A stretch of 64,000 bases of DNA. Source: Vicugna vicugna (taxonomy: Eukaryota). The translations under genes and the position numbers were made by a program. Below are positions 1-14,714 of the stretch, piece after piece. The stretch spans positions 620,001 through 684,000 of the forward strand of contig MU057503.1 of the NCBI GenBank assembly GCA_013265495.1, read 5' to 3'. The number at the start of each line of letters is the position of its first letter. The first letter of the stretch is position 1. The notes beneath the pieces were generated by a model. That model ran no database searches and was not told where the DNA came from. It was given only the letters and a program-made list of their open reading frames with translations.

Positions 1-2535
1 GAGTAACAAACTTGTCATCTGACACCCAAGCTTGGCACCAGGCCCACCACCTCCATCTTGACTCTGAAGACCTTCTTTCTGGCCAGGATTTCTCAATAGG
101 CTTCTCTGTCACTTCTTAAATGACATTCAAAACTCAAAAGCACAGATTTAAAAAGGAATAAAACATGTGCTAACAGAGATCTCCATAAACACAGGAGGCG
201 AAAAGAATGCAAGTATGTGTTGGTCCTTTGGGAGATGAGATGGGGCGGGGGGAAGGAACTCTGGATGGGAACCTTTGAAAGTATTCCTTATAAGGCTAAA
301 AACCTTGATAAATATTCAGCATAAAAAAAACAGGAAGCTAACAAAACAGGCACCCAGTTCAATGTCACTTAAATGGACAATGGTGGAAATTGGAGCTGGG
401 GCGTTGGAAATGATTTGAGTGAACTGCTTCAATTTTCAGATGAGGAAACTGAATTACACACAGAAAATTGTCCAAGTTGTTCAAGGTGCCATGGCCATAA
501 CCCTGATTATGAAGTACTGAATCCCTATCTAATGCGGCTCCAACAACTCACTGTTGAAACATTTGGCAGGCTTCATGCTCCTTCAAAGCACGGAGGTTAC
601 ACTTAAAACAAGAGCACAACCCTTGCTTCTAAAGGACTATGTTCTGACATCCCCATCTCCAATTCACAGCAATCTGAATTGCTGCTAAGTTTCCGGGCCA
701 GCAAATGTGAACACAGAGGTGAGAAAATGGAACTGCATCGCCTCTTCTGGTGATCTAGTGTTTCACCATTTACCCATCCCCTCCACATGCATCTTCTCAA
801 TGAACACTGCAACACCCTGCAAAACCGGAAGAGTAGGCATGACACCTGTTTTTTCCAGATAAGAAAACTGAGTCTCAGGTCTGCCAAATCACAACAAAAT
901 ACAGCATGATGAAGATGACAGTAGAAACTTACTAAGACAGGCAGTGAGTCTTGTGAAGAACAGCAACAATTTAAAAACCAAAGTAGACTAGGCTAAAAAT
1001 CCCACTTGCCCCTTATGAGCAAAATAAACGATGAACCTCACGCCTCTCCTCTGTGAATTGGGGCTCCCATAACTGCCTTCTTTCTGGACTTTTATAAGGA
1101 TTAGACAGAACTTTTGCTAAGTGCCCAGGACAGCAGCGTCTCTCACTGAACACCTGCTATCCTTACGAAACATTAAAATGAAACATTCTAACAAATTACG
1201 AGTTTCAGATCATGGAAACCATGATTAGATCATGTAACTTCCATTTAAACTACAACTCTTCAGCCCTGGAGCTGACAGCAGCTGACCAGCCACAGCTAAG
1301 GTTTGTTGCCTCCCCTTCTCTATTTGTGAAATTGTTTCTTGCTGTGTTGACTTTGTGACTGCTTGCTATGAGCTGTCTTCTCCTCCCTGGGGCATTTGTG
1401 TATCCAAACGTATGTCTTATGACTCCCCATTTCACTCCGGATAGTAGCTGTTTTATTTCCAGAAGAGAAACCATATGGTTGTAGCAAGAAGCAGATGAGA
1501 AAGTGAACTCTCACTGCTAAGACTTTTAGAAGGAAAGTTTCATTTTCCTTAGAGGAGGGCACAGACCCAAATGCTTCCTGGCCCAGAAGGTTACATTGAG
1601 GACATGGTGGTACTTGCAGCAAACTGAGGAGTATGTGTCCCACGAAAGGCCAGCAGCCTGAAGCCAGTTCCAGCTGATTACGGGAATATGGTTCAGTATT
1701 GTCAAATTGCCTGGCATTTTAAAAGAGGCCAAGAATCTATATTACGGAAAATTTCTAGATTTTGACAACACTGTGTGAGCCAAATAAAATACGCTTATGA
1801 GCAAGTGGGGTCCATGGTTCACCAACATTTCTAATTGTTGCCTTCAAGCCTTCTGAGATATACCAAACTACAGAGAAACTCTGCTCTGAAGTTTCCTACC
1901 TGGAAAGGTGATCAGAAAGCAAAGATCATGAAAGGCTTGGAGCGTAAGCTGCTGAGATAAAAAGGAGAAAATCTTAAAAAGAATCCACTGGAAATCAGGC
2001 AGACCAAGAAATCAGGGGTTAGGATGTAAGACAGCTGCTGGCCACGCATGCTGCCCCCACAAGAGGCGGAGCTCTCACGGTCAGAGGATGACAGTGATGA
2101 GAAGACGGGGAGAGTTATTCGTTGGAAGACAAGACCTTCGAGAGAGGTTTTTGCACAAAAGCACAGATATAAGGGCTTCCAAGTACAAGAGTAAATGTGA
2201 ATGGTGGTATGAAGACTTCTGAGCCCTACCCAAGACTTCAAGGCTTTCAGATACCTGAGTGACGATGATCTTTAGCCCTCTACCAAAGACATTTTCATGA
2301 AACAACGCATGCCTTTTAAAATGTCATTTTTGTGAGGGCAAAATTAAAAAGAACTTAGAATAAAAAGAAAAGTAAAAAACCTTAGCCAGCTTGATGTACA
2401 GCTTCTGTAAATATGTACAGACGCTACCTTCCCTGATGAAATCAATCTAGTGGCAGTAAAGAAAGCCAGCCCCAGCAGTATTTTCTTTAGAAACATCTGA
2501 CTCATGAAATAGTTAACTTTAGAAAGTGTGCTGAG

Positions 2536-3856
2536 CTACATGTAAAAGAATGAAATTAGAACATTCTCTAACACCGTATACAAAAATAAACTCAAAATGG
2601 ATTAGAGACATAAATGTAAGACCAGATACTATAAAAATCCTACAGGAAAACATAGGCAGAACACTCTTTGATACAAGTTGCAGCAATATTTTTTTTGAAC
2701 CAGCGCCTAGAGTAATGGAAGTAAAAGCAAAAATAAACAAATGGGCCCTAATCAAACTTGAAAGCCTTTGCACGGCAAAGAAAACCATAAACAAAATGAA
2801 AAGACAACCTGTGGAATGGGATGAAAATATTTGCAAATGATGTGACCAACAAGGAATTCACTTCCAAAATATACAAACAGCTCATACAAGCTCAATATCA
2901 AAAAAACAAACAATCCAATAAAAAAAAAATGGGCAGAAGACCTAGAGATTTCTCCAAAGAAGACATTCAGTTGGCCAACAAACACACAAAAAGATGCTTA
3001 ATATTGTTAATTATTAAAGAAATACAAATCAAAATTATAGTGAGGTATCACCTCACACCGGTCAGAATGGTCATCAACAAAAGGTCTGCAAATAATAAAT
3101 GCCAGAAAGAGCATGGAGAAGAGAACCCTCCTACACTGCTGGTGGGACTGTAAATTGGTGCAGCCACTATGGAGAACAGTATAGACGTTCCTTAAAAAAC
3201 TAAAAATAGAGTTACTGTATGATCCAGCAATCTTACTCCTGGGCATATAACCAGAAAAGACAAAAAACTCTATTTTGAAAAGATACATGCACCCTAATGT
3301 TCACAGCAGGACTACTTACAACAGTCACGACATGGAAGTAATCTAAATGTCCATCAACAGATGACTGTATAAAGAAGATGTGGTACACATACAATGGAAT
3401 ATTACTCAGCCATAAAAAAGAATGAAATAATGCCATTTGCAGCAACATGGATGGACCTAGACATTATCATACTAAGGGAAGTAAGTCAGACAAAGACAAA
3501 TTCCACTTATATGTGGAACCAAAAAAAATAATACAAACGAACTTATTTATAAAACAGAAACAGATTCACAGACATAGAAAACAAACTTATGGTTACCCAA
3601 GGGGAAAGGGTGGGGGATAAATTAGGAGTTTGGGATTAACAGATACACACTACTATATATAAAGTAGATAAACAACAAGGACCTACTGTATAGCACAGAA
3701 ACTATATTCAATATCTTGTAATAACCTATAATGGGAAAGAATCTGGAAAAGAATATATATATATATACACACACAAACACATACACTGAATCACTTTGCT
3801 GTACACCTTTAACTTACACAACACTGTAAATCAACTATACTTCAATTTAAAAAATG
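2536..3856 (+). mobile_element. 5'-truncated LINE-1 (ORF2 C-terminus plus 3' UTR), cetartiodactyl type
   Basis: ORF2-like peptides ([19 protein letters not shown].., RYHLTPVRM), typical 3' UTR and A-tail. 12-bp TSD AAGTGTGCTGAG at 2524-2535 and 3857-3868. Confidence 0.95.
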
Positions 3857-4759
3857 AAGTGTGCTGAGAATAGCCATTAATCAGAGATTTCCATCATTCT
3901 CTCTATAAAAGGCAGAGATAGAAAGCACCAATCTACCGTTTTCAGTTTAATTTAACATACATCATTTCAATCTTTTGAAAGTGCTTTAGTGAAAATTCAA
4001 CAGTTTTTTTAATGAAGCTATTTTGTCCTCCAAGGTAGAACAGTAGCATACAACCCTAAGAATTACTCAAGGCTTTAAATTCATTGAAATTACATTATAC
4101 AAAATGGGTTCCACCTACAGAGCTATTTAAATAAAAATAATTGACTCCAACCACCCTGTTACTCATATATGTATACTTTATAACCCAAATATTCCTATTC
4201 AGAGATACTCATTTAAAACGAGAAGGAGTTTCTAATTCTATGGCTAAATTGCTGAGTATATGCATTCAGAGGCAAATTCTCAACTGATTCATTTTCATAC
4301 TTAAAGAAATGTATTCATTACACAAACATGCTCCAAAGAAAGCAAACGTGGAAATGATATTGTCATCCTCTATGAACCCAACTTTAGAAATTTTCAGAAT
4401 TGCTTGTTGAGTAGAAATTAATGCGGCACTAGGGGATTGCAGCTGCCGTTGGTACTGCTGCTGTGAGCTGTAGCCTCAGCCGAAATGAAAGAAAAGGGAG
4501 AACTGAGACTTGGGGAAAGAAACAGGTGTAATTTTAAAGCTGGCAAAGGGGTTAGGAATATTCTGTTCTTGGACAGAGAAAGGAAGCAGAGTCAATAAAA
4601 GATGACAAAGGTCATTGCCCACTTAGCCAACAGAATTCAGGCACTTAAAAATCATTCCCAAAGCTTTTCCCCTAATGAGGCTCCTAAAAAAAGGGCACAA
4701 GGGTCTCTTCTTGCTCCATTCATACACATCAACGTGACAATCCCATTTTCCACACTCCT

Positions 4760-4950
4760 CTGCCAGGGGACGTTTGGTGAACTCTGGAGACATTCTGGTT
4801 GTAGCAACCAGGTAAGGGGATGTGCTTCTGGCATCTAATGGGAGAGGCCTGAGATGCTGTTAAGCATCCTGCAATTCACAGGACAGCTCCCCACAACAAA
4901 TAACTACCCTGCCCAAAACATCAATAGTGCCAAGGTTCCAAAACCTGGGT
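4760..4950 (+). mobile_element. MER20-like hAT-Charlie element
   Basis: GGGGAC..CTGGAGACATT..GGTTGT..CTGGCATCTA..GATGCTG..CATCCTGCAAT..CACAGGACAGC..CCCACAACAAA..CAATAGTGCCAAGGTT pattern. Confidence 0.8.
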
Positions 4951-6802
4951 CTAGAAGCAACAAAAGGCAGACACTCTACAGAGCAAATTTGCCTTAAGAA
5001 AATTGGCTATGGCATTGCTGTTAAAGCATGGCACATGATAAGGACCAAGGCTGGTTAAAGAAAAAAAAATCCAGAACAGGCATTACACTTGTAGAAATAA
5101 GATAATGCAAACCGAGAGTGTCTGGCCACTCAGCTAACGGCCTCACACACACCGCCAGGATCTGGGGTCAACACCTGATTTTATCTGGTGGGGTGTGCTG
5201 CTCAGAACTTGTGCAATGATATTTAGCAACATTCTTCTTTCAGTTTAGATCAACACGTTTATATTTTCTTATGTAATAAGAAAATATACTTAGAATTATA
5301 TGAAAATTTTTTTCTTATTGAAATTCAGGTAGGAAAATTAATTTTGAAGATTTAACCCTCTCCTTAGCCCTTAACCCTCTTCTTTCTCTATTGAAAAACA
5401 ATTTCTTAAAGTAACCCTTCTTAAAACCATAATAGTGGAACAGATTTCTGTACCCTGGTGCAATATGGGTAAAGTAATTTTGTGTATTGCTGAGGAATAT
5501 GCTTTGAATGTGCAACTCAAGGAAGTTAAGCTGACAAGAAAGGACACATACTGAAGTAAACAGTCTCCCTTCCCTACATGAACTTTGAAAATAATTTCTA
5601 AGTCTAAAAAGCCTCAACAGAATATTTTAAGATTTTTTTTTTTAACGGGTAAGCTTCCAGATGATGTGAACACTCTTAACAGGAAATCATCAACTTCCAT
5701 AGCACAAAGTATTTGGCAACAGGATGCTCGTGTTTCCAAAAAACGCCCACTCCTCGTTTAGGTGAAATGGTGTCTCAGCGGAGGCGGCGACGCCCAGCTG
5801 ACCTGCCAAACCTTATGCATGACTGTTTTCCCTTTGGTTCATTTTCTCCAATTAAGATTGCCAGTCACTAGGGAGGGTGACTGAAGAAGCCCCTTCTGAC
5901 CACATGCCATTGTCTCAGTTTATTTAGGAGCCTGACAAGGTCAGGTCCCAGCCCTTCAAGAGGGCTTCACCCAGCCCTCTTGTTCCCCAGGATGACTGCT
6001 CTGCCAAGCCAGCTGGCCTCCAACCTTCCCACAGATCGCCAGCCTGAGACACACTTACTCACGCGGCTCCTCTCCCCCACCCCTCCCACGTACAGAGCCC
6101 TCCCCTCTACTGGTGATCTAGCCCAATCCCACATGCCCTTTAGGATTCAGCTTCTAGTTTTAACCTTCCTCCTCCCAAACCTTCCCACGTGGCTCTCACC
6201 CTTGTCTGAATTCCTACTGCAGCCTTCTGGATCACTTAATCTGGAACTTGATCATTTTTTTCCCCTCTGATTGTTAAAGTCCTCACTTCTAACAGGCATC
6301 TCTCTCCACTTAGGCTTAAACATGAAAAAAAAACCTATTTTTCAGACTCCCTATAAAGTACAGCAGAACATCCAAACTCTTTCTTGATGACGAGTTGCTG
6401 TTTCATGTATAAGGAACTGGAAGAGGGTTGAACCAGGATGGTCACAACTACTGGGCCACAGCTTAGTTTGTAAATCCCCTCAACTTTCGACTCAGCACAA
6501 GAGCTTTTCTTCATTACATACTCAAATAAGCCAAAGGTGAACTCCCTTCCAAGCAGTCTAGTTATCATATCAGATAGGGTGGTGTGGCACCGAAATACGG
6601 GGCTGCTTGGAGGAAGTCAAGAGAAGCCCGTGAAAAGCCTTTTCTCTTTCTTCTTGGGTCTCTTGATCTCAGCAAGGCACCCTGACCCAGTCCTTCTGAC
6701 GTCCTCCTGTCCCACCAGGATGTAAACGACCTGCCTGGTCCCTCCAGCGCCCTAGTTTGTACCACTGATTTCGGTACTTCCTGACATGGACCCACTTAAC
6801 GC

Positions 6803-7288
6803 CTCTGATGGTTTCAAAATTTGTCTACCAATTCCTTGACACCTGTTCCCTCTGAAGAGTGGAGCCTAATTCCCTCCTTCCTGGAGTGAGCAAGACTTAA
6901 TGACTTTCTTTTAACCTAGAGACGGTGGTGGAAACAATGGCATATGAATCGATAATAAAAGGCATCAAAGCAAACTACTTACTCGTTGTTTGGGATCATT
7001 TGTACTGAGGACATGTGGCAAAGGAGCCGAGGTTTCCTGCTAAAAACTAGCAGTAATTTGCTAGCCATGTGAGCCAGCCTTTTTAGAAATGGGTCTTCTA
7101 GTCCCAGTTAAGCCCTCAGATAACTTTGGTATCAGCTAGTGTCTGCCTGACCATCTCCTGAGAGACTCAGCCAGGACCACCCAGATCAGCTGCTGCTAGA
7201 TTCCAGACCCACAGAAACTGTGTGAGATAATACAGTTTTATTTTAAGCCACTCAGATTGGTGTAATTCGTTGCTCATCGATACATACC
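6803..7288 (+). mobile_element. MLT1-type MaLR solo LTR
   Basis: AATTCCTTGACAC..GTGGAGCCTAATTCCC start and CCAGACCCACAGAAACTGTGTGAGATAATA..TTTTAAGCCACT end motifs. Subfamily not resolved. Confidence 0.75.
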
Positions 7289-9419
7289 TGCAGTCTTCTC
7301 TTTTCTCTAGCCTGCCCCCAGCACTGAACCAGGGATTCTCACCTGTAAGGGACAAGTTCCTCGGAGACCAGTTTTCACCAGTATTTCCCTGTTCCGCTCT
7401 CCCAACGATCCCCCTGCAGCCTCAGCACTGCACAGACAGTGGGCATTCCACAGATGTTTACTCGAAAAACACCTCCAGTTCCAGGCTTGCCTGCAGCTCA
7501 ATCACGACCCAGAAAAATGCACCAAAAAGCTGAGTCTCCTCGAGTGCTCACAGAACTTACGGCAGAGCACGGTAATTTGTCATCTGCCCCCAATTATGAG
7601 GGGTTTATTATTAATATAGGCTCTGAATTTGGAGCATTCCGTTTGGCTCAGACTTTGAATCTGTCTGTGCTAACTGAATGCCAAATCCTAGCTCTCATGC
7701 CTTCATCCCGCGCGGTGCTCACATCAGATATGATGTACTACACGTTATGAGTGGTGAAAAATCTACTTTACACCAGGATCAAGGGACCTTCAAATTTTGT
7801 ATCCTTAAGCTTTGCCCTTTGATTATTTTGCCTTCTTATCTACCTCACTCCTGAGTTTACCTTCCTGCCTTCTCCCACAGACCCACATTTAGTGCCAAAT
7901 ATAACTCCAGGGAAACAAAACATTCTGTGACACCATCATAGCTGTTACAATTACTTTAAACCAGCTTCCCCTTCCAGAGAGGTCTTAGGAGTACATTTAT
8001 CCAACAACGGAAGCAAACGTTCTCTCGGAATTTGCTTAGGATGTCCGAAAGGCAGCGTCAGAAGCAAGACGGAACGCACTGCTTTCTCCCCAGGCTGCAA
8101 GAAGCTGGGGTAGTGCGCCCACATTACGCCCTGGGTCATTCCAGGGGGTTGGTTCTGTTCTCATTTTCCCATAATGGTTATTCTAACAAGAAATAACAGG
8201 ACTCTGACGAGGTGAGGAGCAGGGTAGGTTACCAAAAGTCTGCCTGATGACGCCTTAAACCTTGGCTTGACCTAAACCTGCAGTGTGGTACCAAGGGCCT
8301 GAAGGTGGCTTTGGTTTTGGTTTTGTTTTTTGCCCTAATACCAAGAACAGCTCAAGATCAGTCAAATTTCTTGTAAGCCAAATATATGAGACCATGGGTC
8401 TCTGCTCAATATATATTCCCTCAACAGAATCTAGAAATTCAGGCATTCACGATATATTCCCTGTAAGGAACAAGTGACATCTGAACTTGCGGAACTTGTG
8501 GGTCCCAGGCTGGCGCCTGTTTCCTGCCACTGCCACCAGAGAGGCTCTCCCTGCCCTGTCAGTCAGGCTGAGCTCTCACTGCCTTGGCAGTGAAGGGGAA
8601 TCCAGGCTAAGGGGCCACAGTCACACCTCCACCACCCCTGTTCCCAAATAAAAACCCCACAGCTGAATTTTAAAAACTGAGTCAGTGTCCACTCAACACT
8701 GACTTACTGTTGTGCAATGTTCACTGTTTCTGTAGTGACTAATCTCAGCAGATAATGAGCTTGCAATTTAACTTTTGCTTTTAAACATTACCCTATACAG
8801 TGCGTGTATTACCAGGAAGAGATGCAATACTGGAGCTACGGGAAGTGGAAATGGGGAAAAGAATGGCTCCAGAGATGATTCAAAAAGTAGCAGCAGCACA
8901 TGCACGAGCTCCCACGCTGGCAAACGCCGGGCAAGTGCTCTCTGTGCATTTCCGTGCACCGCCCACAACGCCCAGTGAGTTCCTGACGAGACTCCATTTC
9001 TCACTTACAGAGCTGAGGCCGCCTGAGCCCGAAAAACCTGCCCAGGACTGCAGAGGGAAAAACAGCAAAATCTGGATCAAAGCCAGATGTGAATGCCTCC
9101 CAGCCCCAGTCTTAATCACTCACTGTATCTTGACCACCTACCACCGCTGCCAAAGGTCCCACAGAACAATGTGACCCGTGTCCCCGCTGCACCTTGAAGC
9201 ACACCGACTTTACCCACGCCTTCACCACTACAGTCTGTTTGGCTGTAGATGTTACGAACAAGGGTACGGAGCACAGTGAAACGAAAATAACCATCTTCCT
9301 AGTGCTTCTCCTGATGTTTTCACACTATTTACATTGAATCGCCTATTTTTAGTATATTACAAATAATGTTTTGGCAGTTTTCCTAAAGTCACACTTTTAA
9401 AATATTTTACTTTCAACAG

Positions 9420-9640
9420 TGGTAACAAGACATTTATTTGGCGACTCATGCCCAAATTTGTTCTAAATGCTTTACACAGATTACCTCAAAGTGGCATGTA
9501 ATATCAATGGTCCCATTTCATACACGTGCAAATTAGGCACAGAGACACTGGGTACCTTTGCAAGGTCACAGAGTAACAGAGGCAGGATCTGAATGCAGAC
9601 GCTGTGACTCCGGAGTCCGCATCTTAACCACTAACCACAC
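9420..9640 (-). mobile_element. MIR SINE
   Basis: CCCATTT..AGGCACAGAGA..CAAGGTCACA..GCAGGATCTGAA..TGACTCCGGAGTCC..TCTTAACCACTA core. Confidence 0.7.
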
Positions 9641-10566
9641 TCCTCTCCGCAGCATGGTTAGCTCCTTTCCGACACCCGTCCTCAACACCCTCCGCAACAA
9701 CCACCCCATGAAAGAGCTCTCTGGGGATATTCTAACTTAAAACAGAAATGTGACAGGATCTGGTCTCCTGAGCAAAATCCTTTCAACGGCCTCTCAGGAA
9801 ACTTCGGATAAAATCTAAAGTCCCTTCCCCAGGCCTAATACCCTAGTTTGAGCTGACCCCTGCCTCCTTTACCAGCTTCAGGAGTGTCTCTCTGACTCTA
9901 ATCTCTGTGGAGTTATTTTTTTCCAGTTCTTCAAACACATCAGGATCTTTTTTTCACGTCAGGCCTTTAAACACTCCGCACAGTCTGTGCAGAATGCTGG
10001 ACCGCCCTTGCCCTGATTCTCCTCTGCGCTGACTTCTGCTCAGTCTTTACAAGCCTCCTTGCACTGCCTCAGAGAGAGCTTTATGTGGAGGCAGGACCAT
10101 GACTGGATGCCATGAACACCCGGCACAGGGCCTGGCACCTTGTGTAAAATAAGTATTTGAGGGGTTACCTTCTCCCAGAAACTACAGAAGGACTGAGAAA
10201 GCGAGAGGCGGGGACCAGAACCCACAGTAATTACATAGTGCTGTGAGATAAATGCTATGACAAAAACATGGGCAGGTATTGTCAAGGGAGATGGAAAAGA
10301 AGCAAAACCAAGACTGGAGGTGCCTTGAGTCAGGAGGGCATCCAGAGACACAGCTGATACTGACTCTGCTCTGAAGAATCCTGGACTTCTGAAAGGCTAG
10401 GAGCCCAGGATGTGCAGCCACCTTCGGGCTCTGGCTGTTAGCCTAGGATTTGGAGAGCTCTGGAAGGACTTTCAGCAGGTTTCCTGCAGACAAAGTAGAA
10501 GAGAGAAGAGGTTGCAGGTAGGGGAAGAGGTCACTTCAGTTTTTCAGGAGAGACGGGAGGAGAGCC

Positions 10567-11805
10567 TGTAACCATAGAACGAGCCTCAAACTGGCCCTAT
10601 CCTGTTTCTAACAAGATACAAGTTGTTTCCAGAGACGATAGAACAAAACCGCAAGTCATGCAGCCGAAACATGCAGAGAGAAGATTTTGACCTCAAACGA
10701 CACCCAGAACTGAAGTTTCTCCCCATCATGAACCAAAGGACCAGAACATGACAGAACCTGAACCCCGGAATCCTTTCACAAGGGAAGCGTCCGCTGTCCA
10801 GGAAGGTCTGGTGCTGAAGCCCCTTAACCACACTTAACTACATTGGGCAAAGTTCCAGAGCCCTTCTGTCGAAAACTTCCCCTCCCCACAACTTTCAAAA
10901 CTTCGACTGAACCCCAGATTGAGGTGACAGATTTTGAAACCGAGCCTTCCTAAAACCAAGTCCCCTTGCCGAGTTTACAATTAACCTCTCTATTCAAAAC
11001 TGTTCTTTTTCTTGTCCCACCGCTGCTCCCTTCAAGATTGAGGAGTATTAAAATCAGGGATTGAAACAGAGCAGGATCCTGAGGGGCCCTCCTGGGTACA
11101 AAAGCCCCTCTATGTCCCTTGTTTCTTGTCTGCAGGAAAGACTTTACTCTCCCAGGCATTCCCTGGATTCCAAAGAGCAGACTCAAGTAGTTACTAATTA
11201 GGGAAGTGAGGAAATGCAGAAACAAACAAACAAAAAAGTAGTCAAGAAGCAATTGTTCAGCTAGCTACAAACCAGAGTCTGAGTTTCTCCTCAAGGGATG
11301 GACCTAACAGTCCAACACATCTCTCTGAGTTCTCTGCAGGAACTGAGAATTCTCACCCAGGTGCGGGATGGCCACAAGTGGGTAGACCCCAGACTGGTTA
11401 GAACCAGAAGGTTGATGATTAAGATTCCTGAAACCCCATGCTGTTACCTCACCCCCAACCAGTCAGAAGAAGTCACACACCCTGCAATCCTCACCCCAAA
11501 TATTGCCTTTAAAAGCTCTTCTCTTCCTACGGAGTATGGGTCTTTCGAGCACAAGCCGCCCAGTTCTCCTTGCTCGGCACCTGCAATAAACACTGTGCTT
11601 TTCTTCCCCACAACCCGGTGTCAGTAAATTGGTTTTGCTACATGGCAGGAAGCAGACCCAGGTTCAGTTTGGTGACAATTTGAGAGCTTTGCCTCCTGTC
11701 TCCATGCCAGTCAACCTTGCAATAAAGCCTTTTCTTTTCTCAAAAGCCGGCACCACAGTATTAACTTCTATGAGTGCCAAGAAGTGAGCCTTCTGCTCAG
11801 TAACA
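10567..11805 (+). mobile_element. ERV1-type solo LTR (outer), split by a second LTR
   Basis: TGTAAC...GTAACA termini and AATAAA near 11721. The two halves join across the inner insertion as GACAGATTT|GAGAGC. Confidence 0.75.
10935..11677 (+). mobile_element. ERV1-type solo LTR (inner, nested)
   Basis: TG...CA termini, AATAAA near 11585, exact 4-bp TSD ATTT at 10931-10934 and 11678-11681. Confidence 0.85.
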
Positions 11806-12049
11806 CACCTAAGGCAAGGTGGTGACAGTGGGAATGGAAAAAGGATGGGTGTGATATTATGGAGGAAGAATCTACAGGACATACTAGTGGATCAGATGTG
11901 CTGAATGGGTGAGAAGACTTCCAGGTTCCTGGCTTTGACAACTGAACAGCATGGTTCTGTTCATGTTATCGGGTAGGAATACGGGAGGATGACAGGGTGG
12001 TTCCTAGGCTGGTGGACCACTCAGGAGCCTAAAGTCAGTGTTAGGTTCT

Positions 12050-12890
12050 TAAAGAACATATGGGCAAAGGATCTGAATAGACATTCCTCCAAATAAGTAT
12101 ACAAGCAGCCAATAAGCACAGGAAAAGGTGCTCGACATTCAGTCATTAGGGAGACGTCAATCAAACCCATAATGAGATACCACTTCACACCCACTAGAAT
12201 GGTCATAATCAAAAAGATAGAAAACAGCAAGTTGTGGCAGGAACACAGAGAAACTAGAATCATCATACATTGGTGGGGGGAATGTAAAATGGTGCAGTCG
12301 CTTCAGAAAACATTTTGGCAGTTCCTAAAAGAGTTAAACAGAGTTACCATAAGACCTGGCAGTTCTACTCCTGAGTATGTAGCCAAGAGAACTGAGAATA
12401 TATGTTCCTGTAAAAGCTTGTATACAAAATGTTCACAACAGAATTATTTATAACAGCCAAGAAGTAGAAACAACCCAAACATTCATCAACTGATGGATGG
12501 ATAAACAAAATGTGTTTTATCCGTACAACAGAATATTACTTAGCCATAAAAAGGAAAAACTAACATATACCACAATGTGGATGCAGCTTGAAAACATTAT
12601 GCTGAGTAAAGTCAGACACAAAAGACCATGTATCATATGTCATTTATATGAAATCTCTAGAATAGGCGCATCCATAGAAATGGCAAACAGCGGCTGCCAG
12701 GGGCCAGGTGAGGAAGGGAGAATGGGGAATCACGCTAATGGAATAAGGTTTCTTTTTGGAGTGATGAAAATTAACTAGAATTAAACAATAGTAATGGTTG
12801 CACAACCTTATGAATATAATGAAAACCACTGAATTGTACATTTTGAGGGAATAAATTGTATGGTATGTGAATTATATGTTTAAAAACAAC
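12050..12890 (+). mobile_element. Old L1 (L1MB-like) ORF2 end plus 3' UTR
   Basis: MRYHFTPTRMVIIKK peptide. The 3' UTR ends CCACTGAATTGTACA..TGTATGGTATGTGAATTATAT plus an A-rich tail. Confidence 0.88.
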
Positions 12891-13979
12891 AACAAGAGAA
12901 CTTAAGGATGATGTAGGGCACACCTGTGGCACCTATAACTTTCACTGTGAGGCACAGAATTGAATATTCATTTCCAAGATTTGCAAAATCATGCTATAAG
13001 CTCTTGCTCGGCTTTTAAAACTTAGGTCTATGGAAATAAATGCAGCATTTAGTTTCTTGCCAAATGTTTCTCCATAAACTTATACGCAGCTTTTGCAATC
13101 TCATCAGAATTTCTGAGATGAAGTATAAACATGTTAATTGGAAGAACATAACTTCAGTGATTTTCTGTGCTAGCCTAAAAACTCCCAGATCTGAGGAAGC
13201 CATTTTAATTCCTAATAAGAGACAGAAGTGCTACAATGTCAGAAATATTAGGGCATAGCACCATCCACAGAGGGGTTCTGAGACAAGTGGGTAGTGCCCT
13301 TGGTTCTCGGAGATTAATTACAGCCTGCCCTTAACTCCCAAGTCTCTAAGATGCAACACCAGCCAGAGGGGTAACAGGATGGGGCATCTTCCGGATTCTG
13401 AGATCTGATTTTAATATTTTAATTCTTCTGAAATCAAGATGAATTTTACATACGACCTAGATTGAATGTGATGGTATCTTTAATGTTAAAACAATATCAT
13501 TAAATTTTTGGCACAGTTTAAAATCAATTATGTCAAGAGGTAGTCTACTCAGATGGTGTTAGCTTGGGGGCACATTCCCCAGCTCAATCTCTCTGTCAGA
13601 TATTTTATGCTCTACATGCATGATTTCTCTGCGCTATAAAAAAGAATCTACTTACATACATTTTAACAGTTACCATGAAAAAAATAGTGTGAGCTGTTCT
13701 GTTGCTAGCAAATGTTGATCAAAATATACTGCACTTAGACTGATTAGAATGTATGAAAATTCTTCTCCCAAAGGGGTCCACAAATCCACATGCAATACTC
13801 ACTGCATTCCTCAGCACCCTGACTGCAAATGAAGTTATTCAACCAACATGTATTACCACGAAATCTACGTATAAGGTATGTGCAAAGGAGGTACTTTTAG
13901 GCAGTTATTGAATGAATTCTTCCACAATTTTGAATTTAAACATACCTTTCTGCATATAATACCTAATACATTTCCAAAG

Positions 13980-14190
13980 CACGTTTATATACATTATTTC
14001 ATTCAGTCTTCCCCCAAAACAACCCTCTAAGACATAAAAACAGTTGTATCTTTCTTGCCAATCTATTTTATAGTAAAGGAACAAAGAAATAGAGGTTAAA
14101 TATGTTTCTGAGGTCACAGACCTAGTCCGTGGCAGGGTAAGGACTGTAATTTAAGACATGTCTCTCTGAGTTGAGTGCCTTTTCATTACG
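13980..14190 (-). mobile_element. MIR SINE
   Basis: CATTATTTCATT..ACAACCCT..AGAGGTTAAAT..GAGGTCACAGACCTAGT pattern. Confidence 0.65.
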
Positions 14191-14714
14191 GCATGTGGTC
14201 TCCAAGTGGGAATGGTGTGGAAATTGGCAAGACTAAGCACTAGTGCCATTCTGACATTCCGCACGTGTGCAGGCAGAGGGGCCCTGAGGGCCCTCCTGGC
14301 TGGCTCTGTGCACCTTCCTCAACTATCCGCGAACATGCACACTTCCTGTGCCTGGCGTCTACTCTGTTCCCGGGTCTTCACACTGGCCCAGTTCTGAGTC
14401 CCTCAGTTCCCTGTATTCTCTGCTAGTCATTTGCAAGGCAATGACATTATGGATGAAAAGGTATGGTACCGCAGCGTTCACAAGAACGTCCCCCTGCAAA
14501 CTGACTCATTTGGTCTGTATCACATCTCCCCAAGGCAGCTAGGTCAAGAGCAGTATCCTCAACTTAAACAAAAGGCAACTGGAGCACAAGGAAGTCGAGA
14601 GATTAGATGAAGCTGCTAAGTGGCAGAACAGGGTCTGGAACCCACACCTTTTTATTGCAGTGCCACAGCATTTTTCCATTCTACCACATTCAGTAAGATG
14701 ACATAGCACTTATC

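Noticed and set aside
8528..8548. CTCF-like motif CCACCAGAGAGGC
   Set aside because: The spacing deviates from the core consensus and cannot be supported from sequence alone.
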